A DNA stretch of 64,000 nt from Candidatus Kapaibacterium sp. (GTDB lineage: Bacteria > Bacteroidota > Ignavibacteria > Kapaibacteriales > Kapaibacteriaceae): the NCBI GenBank assembly GCA_044345485.1, contig JBIJAX010000002.1, positions 3,501 through 67,500 on the forward strand, in the 5' to 3' direction. Both the position numbers and the translations under genes were made by a program. This document shows, piece by piece, positions 17,601-26,957 of this stretch (positions are counted from its first letter, which is position 1; every line of letters begins with the position of its first letter). The notes beneath the pieces were generated by a model. That model was not told the origin of the DNA and ran no database searches. It saw nothing but the letters and a program-made list of their open reading frames with translations.

Positions 17601-20196
17601 AATAGTACGGACGGAATTCATTTACGCCACCCTTGATCAACGTTCCGATACCAATCGATACGATACCGTAACCAAAACCTGAGATTTCGTTGCTTTGATA
17701 TACGTTGTTCGACCCAGGAATCGTATCAAGTCTGTCGGCATTGTTGCCATCGCGCCCTAGTGGTACTTTCTGACGGCTTACAATACCAGCAGAATAGGTT
17801 ACGTTGCCGGTGCGCACGTCTGCATCAAACTTGAACTGATTGAATGCATAGTTGATTGACGGCAATGATGTTGCGTAGCTCGCAGGAGATGCAGATGAGT
17901 TACGAATGACGAGGTTTTTGACATGGATATCACGTGAACCGTCGCCAAGATAGAATGGCGCGCGGAAAGTCGATGTTGTCTGGAGTTCAATGTTGATCGA
18001 ACGCTGTGATCCCCCATCGAAGCGAATATTGCCATCTGAATTCGCAAGCGTGGGGTCCTTTTGGAACTCAAACTGTACGGCATTCGGATTTGAAGCAAGG
18101 ATGGTCTGTCCCATCAGAACCCCTACTCCATTACCGCTATTCAGGGTAACCGTGATGCTGCCCTTTGATACTGAACGCTCAATCGATGGCTTAAATGTGA
18201 TCGTGTTCGTTGCTGATACACCAATGATCTTGCCACTGAGGTCGAGCGCGGGCTGGCCAAGCAGGCCGTTTCCAACCGTATATGACGCATCTGTCAGCTC
18301 AAATTCAACAGGTCCAGCAACACCCTTGCGATACAGATCATCAACAGCAAGCTGAACATTGAGATAGTTGCGCGGATTTCCAGCCTTAAGCGTTCCAATA
18401 GTATATGTGCCTGTCATTGCTGGCTGCACAGAGAACTGCTGGCAGATCTGGTTGTTTGTCGCTACCGGATCTCCAGGATACTCCGTCGTTAGACAAGCCT
18501 CGTAATCACCAGCCTCAGAAGGTGTAAATGCTGGGAACTCTACACTTGCGACGTTGAGTGGAACCTCAGCTCCAACATCCGGTACGTTTACAAGCTGATT
18601 ATACACCAGCGTCCGGGCAGGAAGCCTATAGATCTGCAAACGTGTTGGGATGTTCGAAAGATCCTGAATACCCCCGTTGATGATCTGAGCGCGAGGCAGA
18701 AACGGACGTCGCGAATAGTATGTGCCGCTATTGATCGGAGCAACAATTGCATTTGCACCAACCTCTTCATTGTAGAGGGTTTGGAACTGATACTGTCCTG
18801 TCAACGGAGCACAATCGTTCGCTGCTTGGTTATCGATAGCGTTAAGAAGATTTGCGCATACTGTGATTGAGAACTTGCTGACTTCGTTGGTTTGAAAGTT
18901 GTCAAAGTCAATTGTTCCTACCTGACCGGTTGTCAAGGCACCCTGATACTGGACAGTGTCGGCCCAGATCTGGACATTGTCTGGCTGACGGAATACCCGC
19001 GCAATGATCTCTGCACTAGTCACATCATTCACACCAACGTTTTGAATCGTTGCCGATATTGGAATTGAGACTCCCTTAGGGTACTTCCGTGGAATTGCCA
19101 ACGGCGAACGAATCGAACGCACAGAGAGATCGTTCGGATAAGCAATGATAAACTCCTTGAGGTATTGCTGGGTGTAACCTGGAATAGAATACACCGCTTC
19201 GACACGATAGGAGCCACCAACAATGTTGGTCAAGTTCAAAGCACCGACTGGTCCAGCAGCAGGCCCTGTTGCCTCGTCAAACGTGTACGTAAACAACCCA
19301 GCTGAGGCCGCAACGTGGCTTATGAGAGCATTACCACCCTTGCGAGCTTGATAGATAACGTTTTCGCTTGGCAGCGGCCCTACGATGCGATACTGAAGTG
19401 TGATGTTCTGATTAAGGCTCTGGCGGAACGACAGTGATGGCTTTGGAAACGCAGGATCAACACCGTCGTAGACAATGCCTGTACGCAAAATGCGACGTGG
19501 ATCAACGTCATCGGGGAACGACTGCTCGATACCCGCCAATACACCGAACTGAAGTGTTGGGCGAATTGCATATCCAGTACCGTTAGGATTCGTTACGCAG
19601 AAATTCTGCCCGTCAGAATAGAAGAACGACTGTGTTGCATAGATCGGGCTCGGTTGAACATACTCGTACTCTGGGAAGATAAACGCGAACCCCGTGCGGT
19701 AGGTGCAGATCTCGATGTGGAGATTGCTTACGCCGTCCCATTGAAAAGGCTGACTAAACGGGAATGTTAACCATGTTGGCGTGTTAACAATCGTCGGTAG
19801 CTGATATGAACCAGCAGAAAACACGGTTGTCATACCGGCGTCGGACTGTGGATTGGTCAGACCGGCATTGGTGGTCTGACGAATCTTAATCGTTACGTTG
19901 CGCGCCGTGTATGGAGCAGCATTTCTCATCCTGAGCGCCATGGAAACGATTTGTCCAGGGTTCATCCCATGGAATGTTAGCTCAGATGCGCGTAGGAAGT
20001 ACTGGCTGCGTATCGTCCACCAGTAATCCATGAACGGGTTAGGGTAAATGGTCTGACCCCAGAATGGCCCCGCGGCACCTGGTCCGCCACCTACCGTGAC
20101 GAAAATCTGAGCCCGCGTCTCACTGATGCTGATTGTGGCCAAAGCCACTATCACCATCGCGAGCGACGTGATCAAAGTTGTAATCGAACGCTTCAT
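14695..20196 (-). CDS. giant T9SS-sorted surface protein (CARDB-like plus parallel beta-helix repeats, Por C-terminal sorting domain)
   Basis: A signal peptide is present if translation starts at M13 (MKRSITTLITSLAMVIVALATISISETRAQ). CARDB-like segments occur (NDLSVRSIRSP...ATIQNVGVNDV). PbH1-type beta-helix repeats occur (ISGNTIFNVRAAGIFLGYEDNAQVTGNRIYNV, IERNEISSVSGDAWARGIVV). The C-terminus is T9SS-sorting-domain-like (ANGTYTVVISSGDLRISAPMVIRK). Confidence 0.8.
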   Translation of the reverse strand: MKRSITTLITSLAMVIVALATISISETRAQIFVTVGGGPGAAGPFWGQTIYPNPFMDYWWTIRSQYFLRASELTFHGMNPGQIVSMALRMRNAAPYTARNVTIKIRQTTNAGLTNPQSDAGMTTVFSAGSYQLPTIVNTPTWLTFPFSQPFQWDGVSNLHIEICTYRTGFAFIFPEYEYVQPSPIYATQSFFYSDGQNFCVTNPNGTGYAIRPTLQFGVLAGIEQSFPDDVDPRRILRTGIVYDGVDPAFPKPSLSFRQSLNQNITLQYRIVGPLPSENVIYQARKGGNALISHVAASAGLFTYTFDEATGPAAGPVGALNLTNIVGGSYRVEAVYSIPGYTQQYLKEFIIAYPNDLSVRSIRSPLAIPRKYPKGVSIPISATIQNVGVNDVTSAEIIARVFRQPDNVQIWADTVQYQGALTTGQVGTIDFDNFQTNEVSKFSITVCANLLNAIDNQAANDCAPLTGQYQFQTLYNEEVGANAIVAPINSGTYYSRRPFLPRAQIINGGIQDLSNIPTRLQIYRLPARTLVYNQLVNVPDVGAEVPLNVASVEFPAFTPSEAGDYEACLTTEYPGDPVATNNQICQQFSVQPAMTGTYTIGTLKAGNPRNYLNVQLAVDDLYRKGVAGPVEFELTDASYTVGNGLLGQPALDLSGKIIGVSATNTITFKPSIERSVSKGSITVTLNSGNGVGVLMGQTILASNPNAVQFEFQKDPTLANSDGNIRFDGGSQRSINIELQTTSTFRAPFYLGDGSRDIHVKNLVIRNSSASPASYATSLPSINYAFNQFKFDADVRTGNVTYSAGIVSRQKVPLGRDGNNADRLDTIPGSNNVYQSNEISGFGYGIVSIGIGTLIKGGVNEFRPYYSTGTQISGNTIFNVRAAGIFLGYEDNAQVTGNRIYNVGTQATGGTNVEAAGIVAGGVSRYHNINTRIERNEISSVSGDAWARGIVVEQVRNAYPALGVGGTEFFPKLNEATVVANNVVWGLKRSAAGANMAGVHLYTQRSTTATGVQRLIAPSENNNSYFTRKDMIVNNTIMMQNDNVVGSGAVVGLGVQHANGAVVKNNAIIMQGAANSGAIMHAAMLYQGVQMTDGNDPMALISDRNAFDVGSAALVRFIEINNNSDLISAGSDDEFRVISQWRSWTKRDNNSVSGSFAGDFVFNGVAPNQQLRIRTNPTPIGSLLSNRGERVAGVSNDIDATTRGAAGQPFDLGADEFDGRQYVKDLEAVTVLKPTVYRATTGSNSDAEYIMTQAPVAVTGLIRNNGGLPQTNSPIRCRVFIETPASNNAMLATPIWSGAPVIDRVVNANVNNGQEVSVAFNINWEPQSYQQLSGLGYTVPASKSAMVNNLTPRYMIEVSVSSDENASNNVTSKVVRFFVLRSNQRMIVSLRGGSVNVADPAATPNQIASRLNGDSLMTTIQKVGYVVDPINDNISFDVIDRDGFEERAIDYTMYKTVWWSSSDDALSRFERRDLRFFVGAGKANDKKNLALAGQNYPRQHVGLNVINDQSFIQSMLRVTSATPNTPTQTPYSGRRVRGEALARGSVEGVVRTGVANDPEPQPALVRPYSDLTTSGVVQRAYVYPLGDRTVAADSVMGTATASLNFNSVYLGVDWRHWQSTGIRTGTERIIRGIVDFFETNGGIAVPVQLSSFDAKARGRNVDVNWTTASEKATDRFEVERSDILAGAVGSFATIGSLAAAGTTQTSRDYVFRDVNVPAGRYLYRLTTIDRDGSRGSTSAVEVEVGGEGMSGIASILPQPASTEAVLSIDMPEAGTATVEIVNSLGQTVEILNGVVLSAGTQTISLPVSALANGTYTVVISSGDLRISAPMVIRK

Positions 20197-20465
20197 AAAA
20201 CGTCCCTGCAAAAAGTTTGACATTGATACCATGTTTCAGAGACTGATCTATTTTGCGGTAGAATGATGGCCGGTGCACTTACCGACCATAATGCACTGCG
20301 CTGTTATGGAAAAACAACACAGCTTGTAAAACGTTCCATACCAGCGAGAGAAATTTAGATATTTTTCAAGCGCAGGCAAGATTCGACTTTTGCACAAATC
20401 TTACCCCTACATTTGGCCACATTTCAGGCCTTCCAATCAAGTTCTCGCACCTGCATAGAAACGAT

Positions 20466-21284
20466 ATGACATACACAGAAATACAACAGGCGTACGAAAG
20501 CATTAGGTCAGCGTACGATGGGTCACCAGCAATTGGCATTATACTTGGTACGGGCCTCGGCGCGTTGGTTGACACAGTAACCATCTCATTATCAATACCT
20601 TACCAGGACATTCCAAACTTTCCTACCAGCACTGTGGAATCCCACAAGGGGCGATTAATCTTCGGAGACATAAATGGTATTCCAGTGGTAGTAATGCAGG
20701 GGCGCTTTCATCAATATGAAGGCTATAGCCTCCAGCAGATTACCCTGCCAGTCCGGATTTTTAAGCTGCTAGGGGTAAAAACACTTATCGTGTCGAACGC
20801 CTGCGGGGGAATGAATCCGTTGTATCGCCGCAGCGACATTATGCTCATAGACGACCACATCAATCTTCTCGGGGATAATCCCCTGGTGGGACGAAACATC
20901 GATGAACTTGGGCCCCGATTCCCAGACATGAGTGAACCATACTCTCAGAGATTGCTCGCGCTAGCAGAGTCAACAGCTCTTGAGCTCGGAATCAAGGTTC
21001 ATCGCGGAGTCTATATAGCTGTGACAGGACCTAATCTTGAGACTCGTGCTGAGTACCGTTTTCTTCGAACAATTGGTGCAGATGTCGTGGGAATGAGCAC
21101 GGTACCAGAGTGTATCGTTGCCCGACATATGGGGATGGAGGTACTTGGTGTAAGTATCGTCACCGACGAGTGCTTTCCAGATTCATTACAACCGGTTAGT
21201 TTGGAACACGTGTTAGAGGCCGCCTCTATTGCTGAGCCGAAGATGACCACACTTATCACAACGCTTATACCCAAGATCGTATGA
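20466..21284 (+). CDS. punA: purine nucleoside phosphorylase (trimeric PNP-I / PunA type)
   Basis: The 272-aa ORF carries GRLIFGDINGIPVVVMQGRFHQYEGY, LIVSNACGGMNP, GPNLETRAEYRFLR and GADVVGMSTVPE, which are characteristic PNP-I motifs. Confidence 0.88.
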   Translation: MTYTEIQQAYESIRSAYDGSPAIGIILGTGLGALVDTVTISLSIPYQDIPNFPTSTVESHKGRLIFGDINGIPVVVMQGRFHQYEGYSLQQITLPVRIFKLLGVKTLIVSNACGGMNPLYRRSDIMLIDDHINLLGDNPLVGRNIDELGPRFPDMSEPYSQRLLALAESTALELGIKVHRGVYIAVTGPNLETRAEYRFLRTIGADVVGMSTVPECIVARHMGMEVLGVSIVTDECFPDSLQPVSLEHVLEAASIAEPKMTTLITTLIPKIV

Positions 21285-22312
21285 TACAATCGCTACTACG
21301 ATATGCACTCGTTCTCGCATCGATAACGATGTGGAGTTGCAGCCCAGAAGAGCCCCTTGTTAACTCCTTTGTTGATGAATGGAGACTCCTCTCGACCAGT
21401 GGCAATCAGAATTTGGTTGTGGCGCAAATTCCTGAAGGCACCTCTGCTAATGTGAATCCTAACAATGTAGACTTCGGAAATTCGCCATCTATGGTTCGAT
21501 TCCGAAACAACGTATACATCTATAGTAACAATAGGCCGTGGATCGTGGTCTACGATGCAGAGAAGCTGACGTATTCTGACACGATCTTTACATTTGGCAA
21601 GCTTGATGGCATCACTGATCTCTGTTTTGCAAATGCAACGACAGCATATGCTGTCTCTTCAACCAACAAGTGCATAGGTGTAATCGATCTTACGACATCG
21701 ACGGTTGCAAGCACTATCAAAACACCAGGTGCTGCGCGTCAGATCGCTTGCCTTGGTAATCAAATTGCAGCAACTGTGCCAGATTCCAACGTGGTGATCA
21801 TTCTTGATTCCCGAACGAACACAATTGTTGACAACCTAACAGTTCATGATGCACCTTGGTATATCCGTGATGATGCTGCAGCGAACGTGTTCTGCGTTGT
21901 CAGCCTTGGGTCTGGGAAGGTTGATAGAGATTCTGCTACCACACCGAAAATCTCTTTCATCAGTCCCACCACTCGTGAAGTGTTGAAGGCACTTGATCTG
22001 ACCGTAAAGGTCTCCGAAGGTCCAAAGCAGTTTCCCCGCGGCCTGATTGTTTCATCCTCTCAACAAGCATATGTCCCTGTGCAAGCCGGCTTACTGCGGG
22101 TTAGCACCAGGACACGCTCTCGTGTTTCATCTGCCGTGGTAGACTCCTTCGACGTCGTATCCTACAATGATGCGCGAGCAGAGATCATCTGTCAACGTGC
22201 AGCCGGTGGGACTGCGCCTGATGTCATTGTTTACAACGAGGACGCATCAGAAAAGAAGTATACCATTCCTCAGAATGTGCGGGCAACTGCCCTGCTTGGC
22301 GTACCAAAATGA
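21281..22312 (+). CDS. putative lipoprotein with YVTN/YncE-like beta-propeller repeats, unknown function
   Basis: A signal sequence ends in a Cys ([10 protein letters not shown]). Repeated blade-like segments occur ([44 protein letters not shown]). ATGA overlaps are present at both ends (21281-21284 and 22309-22312). Confidence 0.5.
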   Translation: MIQSLLRYALVLASITMWSCSPEEPLVNSFVDEWRLLSTSGNQNLVVAQIPEGTSANVNPNNVDFGNSPSMVRFRNNVYIYSNNRPWIVVYDAEKLTYSDTIFTFGKLDGITDLCFANATTAYAVSSTNKCIGVIDLTTSTVASTIKTPGAARQIACLGNQIAATVPDSNVVIILDSRTNTIVDNLTVHDAPWYIRDDAAANVFCVVSLGSGKVDRDSATTPKISFISPTTREVLKALDLTVKVSEGPKQFPRGLIVSSSQQAYVPVQAGLLRVSTRTRSRVSSAVVDSFDVVSYNDARAEIICQRAAGGTAPDVIVYNEDASEKKYTIPQNVRATALLGVPK

Positions 22313-23274
22313 TTTCCGAGATTCTTGCAGAACGTACCAGCAATTCAGGCAAACGGATTGTGTTCGCAGATGCGCATGATAGCCGTGTGTTGATGGCGAT
22401 TGAAACACTGGCAACCGAGCATTCCTGCATTCCTATAGCTCTTGTTTCGCAGGAACAGGCGCGTACAATTCATGGCAAGGATTTTCCTCCACAGGTACAA
22501 TTCATAGATCCCAATGTGCATCGCGAACAGGTTGCATCGTATCTCGTCACACGAAGGTCTGCTAAGGGGCTCACAAGCCATCAGGCACATTCGCTGGCCG
22601 AAGAGCCGCTTTTTGTAGCGGGCTGGATGGTTCACACGGGCCTAGCTGATGCTGCAGTAGCAGGATCTGTATCGACGACCGGAGATGTAATTCGTGCAGC
22701 ACTGTGGACGGTTGGGATGGCTCCTGGAATATCCACGCTATCAAGCTATTTCATCATGGATTTTCCAACCAAGTTTTACCTGTTTGCAGATTGTGGCGTT
22801 GTGCCTGATCCTACGTCTGAGCAGCTTCAGGATATTGCTTTTGCAACAGCCTCGTCATATCGAGCACTATCTCCAGCCGAACCCAAGGTAGCATTCATCA
22901 GCTTCTCTACTCACGGCAGTGCTGAGCATCCAACAGTTGAGAAGGTGCGCCGTGCGGCTCAAATGTTTCAAACACTACACCCTGATGTCGTTTCAGACGG
23001 CGAACTGCAGATAGATGCTGCCATCGTGCCGACTGTTGCAAAGCGCAAGGCCCCAGCGTCGCCTCTTGGCGGCGATGCGAATGTTCTCGTGTTTCCAAAT
23101 CTCGACGCTGGTAACAGCGCATATAAGCTCACCGAGCGACTCGCAGGTGCTACGGCAGTTGGCCCTGTGCTGCAGGGCTTAGCAAAACCATACTGCGATC
23201 TCTCACGGGGATGTTCCAGCAGTGACATCGTAGATGCAGCTCGAGTTTCTGTACTGATGTCTTGTAACGGTTAG
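22309..23274 (+). CDS. pta: phosphate acetyltransferase (short-form Pta)
   Basis: The 321-aa ORF carries [55 protein letters not shown] and [19 protein letters not shown], which match PTA_PTB family motifs. Confidence 0.88.
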   Translation: MISEILAERTSNSGKRIVFADAHDSRVLMAIETLATEHSCIPIALVSQEQARTIHGKDFPPQVQFIDPNVHREQVASYLVTRRSAKGLTSHQAHSLAEEPLFVAGWMVHTGLADAAVAGSVSTTGDVIRAALWTVGMAPGISTLSSYFIMDFPTKFYLFADCGVVPDPTSEQLQDIAFATASSYRALSPAEPKVAFISFSTHGSAEHPTVEKVRRAAQMFQTLHPDVVSDGELQIDAAIVPTVAKRKAPASPLGGDANVLVFPNLDAGNSAYKLTERLAGATAVGPVLQGLAKPYCDLSRGCSSSDIVDAARVSVLMSCNG

Positions 23275-24164
23275 TTTGTAAGAGCCTTCAACCGAGTGAT
23301 CATTTCGTCGAAGTCGGCATCAGTCAAGTGATAGGCAGACGAACAATACTGACAGACCATTTCACGGTGACCATCCTGCTGCATACCTAGCAGTTCGTCA
23401 AGACCAAGCGTAAGCAGGGCTGCTTTATATCTGTCCTTAGAACACCGACAGAAAAAGTCAACAGGAGCACTCGCTACGACGTCAATATCTGACGGCATGA
23501 TCTGACGCAGGATCTGCTCTGGTGTGTAGCCGTTATCCGTGTATTCCGTCATTCGACCTAAATAATCCACCGCATCGTAGACTTTGAATATATCTACGTC
23601 ACGTGCCCCAGGCATTGCTTGAACAAGCAGTCCTACAGACTGCCGAATCATGTTATCGTCATCATAGGCCACATCTATCACAAAGGCCGATGGAATCTGC
23701 TCTGACTGCGTCAGGTAGTAACTGAGATCAGAGGTAACATCACCTCGACGAAGTTCAACGATTCCTGTTACGGGTTCGTATTCGCCGTATACAACTCGCT
23801 GTACTCGTAGAAGCCCCTTGCCAAGGGGCGTGTCACGATCCTGGGCAGGCTCTGGGTTTGGCGTAATGTAACCGCGCACTTCGCCGATCTGCATTGCCTC
23901 AGCACAGACTGTGCGTATGAGCCCATCCCCTTCTGCTGTAAGAATCACGCGCTCTTCGCCCTTAAGGTACGATGCGAGTAGACTCGCGCCAGTAATCATT
24001 CGAGCTAACATGAGAGACTCAACTGGATTAAGAGCGTGTTTCTGCTGTGCTGTGCGGACTGTAGTTGGATTATGAATCAACGCTGCACGAAAGGTACCGT
24101 CCTTCGTGATTACTCTCGTTACGCGATCGCGTTGAGACCAGAGCTTCTTTACATCTTCATTCAT
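23271..24164 (-). CDS. hslO: redox-regulated chaperone Hsp33
   Basis: The size is right for Hsp33 and the C-terminal zinc centre is present (CRCS...CQYCSSAY). The first M in the track is a TTG, so I used ATG 24164. Confidence 0.9.
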   Translation of the reverse strand: MNEDVKKLWSQRDRVTRVITKDGTFRAALIHNPTTVRTAQQKHALNPVESLMLARMITGASLLASYLKGEERVILTAEGDGLIRTVCAEAMQIGEVRGYITPNPEPAQDRDTPLGKGLLRVQRVVYGEYEPVTGIVELRRGDVTSDLSYYLTQSEQIPSAFVIDVAYDDDNMIRQSVGLLVQAMPGARDVDIFKVYDAVDYLGRMTEYTDNGYTPEQILRQIMPSDIDVVASAPVDFFCRCSKDRYKAALLTLGLDELLGMQQDGHREMVCQYCSSAYHLTDADFDEMITRLKALTN

Positions 24165-26757
24165 CAATTGTCTTTCGTAAATCCATGAGCGTCTGCAAAG
24201 CTTGCATCGGCGTCATATTGTTAATGTCAAGGTCTGCAATACGAGAACGGACATCGTCATCACGCACTTCGAATAATGAAACCTGCCCTAAGCTTTGCAC
24301 GCTAAGAAGTCCTGATGATTGGTGATCATGATCGTTCTCCATCTTCCGAAGAACTTTCTTTGCAGTATCAACCACCGCAGCAGGCATTCCAGCCATCTTT
24401 GCAACATGGATGCCGAACGAGTGATCGCTATGACCAGGAATTACTCGGTGTGTAAAGACGATGTCATTGTTGATTTCCTGCACTTCCACTTGGAAGTTCT
24501 CAATGCGGTTACATCGTTCTGCCAGCTGAGTAAGCTCGTGATAATGTGTTGCAAACATTGTCTTTGCACCGATCCGGTCATGAATATATTCTGCGATAGC
24601 CCATGCTATCGATATACCATCATACGTTGCTGTACCCCGACCAACTTCATCGAGTAGAATAAGACTACGGTCGGTTGCGTTGTTGAGAATATTGGCAGAT
24701 TCTTGCATCTCAACAAGAAATGTACTTTCGCCAGCAAGGATATTATCCTGCGCACCAACTCTTGTAAAGATTCGATCTGTTAATGGTATATCTGCGCGAT
24801 CAGCTGGCACAAAGGAACCAATATGAGCAAGGTAGACGCAGATTCCCACCTGACGCAAATAACTAGACTTACCAGACATGTTCGGTCCGGTTATGATGTG
24901 CACCTGTGACGCTTCAGTATCGATCTTGACTGAATTGGGCACATACTGCACCCCAGGAGGCAATAGACGCTCAATAACAGGATGTCGAGCACCATCGATA
25001 TCAAGACGAGTGCCCTCATGAAGAAGAGGCTCAACAAACGAGTAGAGCTTTGCCACATAAGCAAACGAGCTGAGTACATCGAGCATTGCGACACGCTGTA
25101 ATGTCTGCTGCAGCGACTCGCACGTACTCGCTAGACGCTCACGGAGTGCATGGAGCAGATATGACTCTCGCTGCACAACAATTTCCTGCGCCGATAATAT
25201 TTTTTGCTCAAGTTCTTTGAGCTCAGAAGTGATGTATCTCTCAGCGTTGGCAAGAGTCTGTCTGCGATCAAATGACTCTGGCACTTTCGATTTTTGTGCG
25301 TTGCTAATCTCAATGTAGTACCCAAACACCGAGGTATAGCCGATCTTAAGATTTGGTATGCCTGTTTCATCTCGCAATCGCTGCTGATATGTCGTGATCC
25401 ACTCTTTTCCATGGAGTAACGCAGAACTTGCATCATCAAGCTGATGATCGTAGCCTGAGCGGAACATCCCTCCCGATCCAATTGCTGCAGGGGGCTCATC
25501 AACAAGCGCAGCATCGATAGATGCGACTATATCTTGGTGATTACCAATTCCTGAGCACAGTTTGGCAAGTTCAGCCGAGGATACCCCGTGGCATACGTGA
25601 ATCGCTTCGGGCAGTATGCGTAATCCACTGCGCAATGCACCAACTTCTCGAGCGGTAGCCTTGTTTGCTACAATCTTGGTAAGGAGCCGTTCAAGGTCTC
25701 CCACAAGAGAAAGTGACTCCCGCAATGCACTGTTGCAGTCGGAATTCGAGAACAATGCGCGAACCACTCCGAGACGTTGTTCCAAGCGCGGCTGATTCCG
25801 AAGTGGTGTCTGCATCCACCACCGTAGCAGGCGTGCCCCCATGGGTGTTGAGGTCTGGTCAAGTAACTCAACCAACGCACCAGACGTTGCATGTGCATTC
25901 ATCGGTGCTTGGATCTCAAGGTTCCTGCGCGTAGCGGCATCTAGGATCATTACGTCGTCGTGGCGTAGAAGTCTGATCGACTGCAACTGTGTGAGCGCGT
26001 TCTTCTGTGATTCCGCAACGTAGTGCAACAAGACTCCCGCGGCAACAATGCCGGGTTCAACATCCTGAAGCCCAAATCCTTTTAATGATGCAGTGCCAAA
26101 ATGCCTATTGAGCTGTTCTTGGCATGTTGCACGATCAAAGTGCCATGATTCCAGTCGAGTAACTGCTGGCTTCGAGGAGCATTTGTGTAGGAGAATTTCT
26201 GTGTGAATTCGCTGACTCTTGTCTACGATGACTTCTGCTGGGGAGAATGAGTCGAGTACAGACTCTATCGAGTTCGGCGAAACCTCACCAGCGGTGAACG
26301 ATCCAGTAGAGACATCGGCAACAGAGAGCCCCCAGCTGCCTCCCTCTTGCACAGGAGCGACAATCGCAGCTACGTAGGTATTGCGCCGACTGTCGAGCAG
26401 TTTATCGTATAGCACAACTCCCGGAGTAACTACTTCTACTACGTCGCGCTTTACAATACCCTTGGCAGATTTCGGGTCTTCTAATTGTTCACATACTGCT
26501 ACACGATGTCCAGCAGCAACCAGCTTGGGCAGGTAGTTGTCTAGCTGGTGGTGTGGGAAGCCAGCCAGTGGCATTTCCCCTGCTGAGCCATTGTTGCGTT
26601 TTGTGAGAGTAATACCGCATGCTTTTGAGGCAGTAATAGCATCTTCGCCAAACGTTTCGTAAAAGTCTCCTAGCCGAAACAACAGGATAGTATCCGGATG
26701 ACGGCTCTTGATCTGGTTGTACTGCCGCATCAGCGGTGTCTCGGTGCTTGCTTTCAC
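24157..26757 (-). CDS. mutS: DNA mismatch repair protein MutS
   Basis: The N-terminal motif TPLMRQYNQIKSRHPDTILLFRLGDFYETFGEDA is present, along with Walker A (GPNMSGKSSYLRQ) and Walker B (LILLDEVGRGT). The track start 26787 is a TTG. GTG 26757 (MKASTETPLMRQY) gives a canonical N-terminus. ATG 26730 is also possible. Confidence 0.95.
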   Translation of the reverse strand: MKASTETPLMRQYNQIKSRHPDTILLFRLGDFYETFGEDAITASKACGITLTKRNNGSAGEMPLAGFPHHQLDNYLPKLVAAGHRVAVCEQLEDPKSAKGIVKRDVVEVVTPGVVLYDKLLDSRRNTYVAAIVAPVQEGGSWGLSVADVSTGSFTAGEVSPNSIESVLDSFSPAEVIVDKSQRIHTEILLHKCSSKPAVTRLESWHFDRATCQEQLNRHFGTASLKGFGLQDVEPGIVAAGVLLHYVAESQKNALTQLQSIRLLRHDDVMILDAATRRNLEIQAPMNAHATSGALVELLDQTSTPMGARLLRWWMQTPLRNQPRLEQRLGVVRALFSNSDCNSALRESLSLVGDLERLLTKIVANKATAREVGALRSGLRILPEAIHVCHGVSSAELAKLCSGIGNHQDIVASIDAALVDEPPAAIGSGGMFRSGYDHQLDDASSALLHGKEWITTYQQRLRDETGIPNLKIGYTSVFGYYIEISNAQKSKVPESFDRRQTLANAERYITSELKELEQKILSAQEIVVQRESYLLHALRERLASTCESLQQTLQRVAMLDVLSSFAYVAKLYSFVEPLLHEGTRLDIDGARHPVIERLLPPGVQYVPNSVKIDTEASQVHIITGPNMSGKSSYLRQVGICVYLAHIGSFVPADRADIPLTDRIFTRVGAQDNILAGESTFLVEMQESANILNNATDRSLILLDEVGRGTATYDGISIAWAIAEYIHDRIGAKTMFATHYHELTQLAERCNRIENFQVEVQEINNDIVFTHRVIPGHSDHSFGIHVAKMAGMPAAVVDTAKKVLRKMENDHDHQSSGLLSVQSLGQVSLFEVRDDDVRSRIADLDINNMTPMQALQTLMDLRKTIDE

Positions 26758-26827
26758 GAGACGAAAATAAACATGGCCATGGCACAATTGCCGAATTCAT
26801 TTCGCGTCGTATCTTTGCCAACCGTAA

Positions 26828-26918
26828 GGAGAGGTGGCCGAGTGGCTGAAGGCAACGGTTTGCTAAACCGTCGTAGTGGTATAAACCGCTACCGAGGGTT
26901 CGAATCCCTCCCTCTCCG
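26828..26918 (+). tRNA. tRNA-Ser(GCU): tRNA-Ser (anticodon GCU), no encoded CCA
   Basis: I folded the cloverleaf by hand. The acceptor stem is GGAGAGG/CCTCTCC. The D arm is GCC-GAGTGGCTGAA-GGC. The anticodon arm is ACGGT-TTGCTAA-ACCGT, giving anticodon GCT. There is a long variable arm (TAGTGG-tataaa-CCGCTA), a T arm (GAGGG-TTCGAAT-CCCTC) and discriminator G. Confidence 0.93.
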
Positions 26919-26924
26919 CTGAAG

Positions 26925-26953
26925 AGCCCTACGATATTGCGTGGGGCTTTTTT
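26925..26953 (+). terminator. intrinsic terminator-like hairpin directly after tRNA-Ser
   Basis: The hairpin is AGCCCTACG-atattg-CGTGGGGCT, a 9-bp stem with one G-U pair. It is followed by TTTTTT (26948-26953). It ends 4 nt before the smpB ATG. Confidence 0.7.
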
Positions 26954-26957
26954 CGTT

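Noticed and set aside
20240-20345. Possible purine riboswitch upstream of punA. Fragments such as CCGGTGCAC...CCGACCATAATG look vaguely like the P3/J3-1 region.
   Set aside because: I could not find the conserved P1 pairing, the J1-2 UAUAAU-type junction, or the L2/L3 loop sequences of the purine aptamer. The resemblance is limited to a few nucleotides.
26828-26918. tRNA-Ser as a possible integration site for a genomic island.
   Set aside because: No integrase, phage or transposase gene flanks it. I noticed no duplicated tRNA 3' fragment by eye. The neighbours are mutS and smpB, both core genes.
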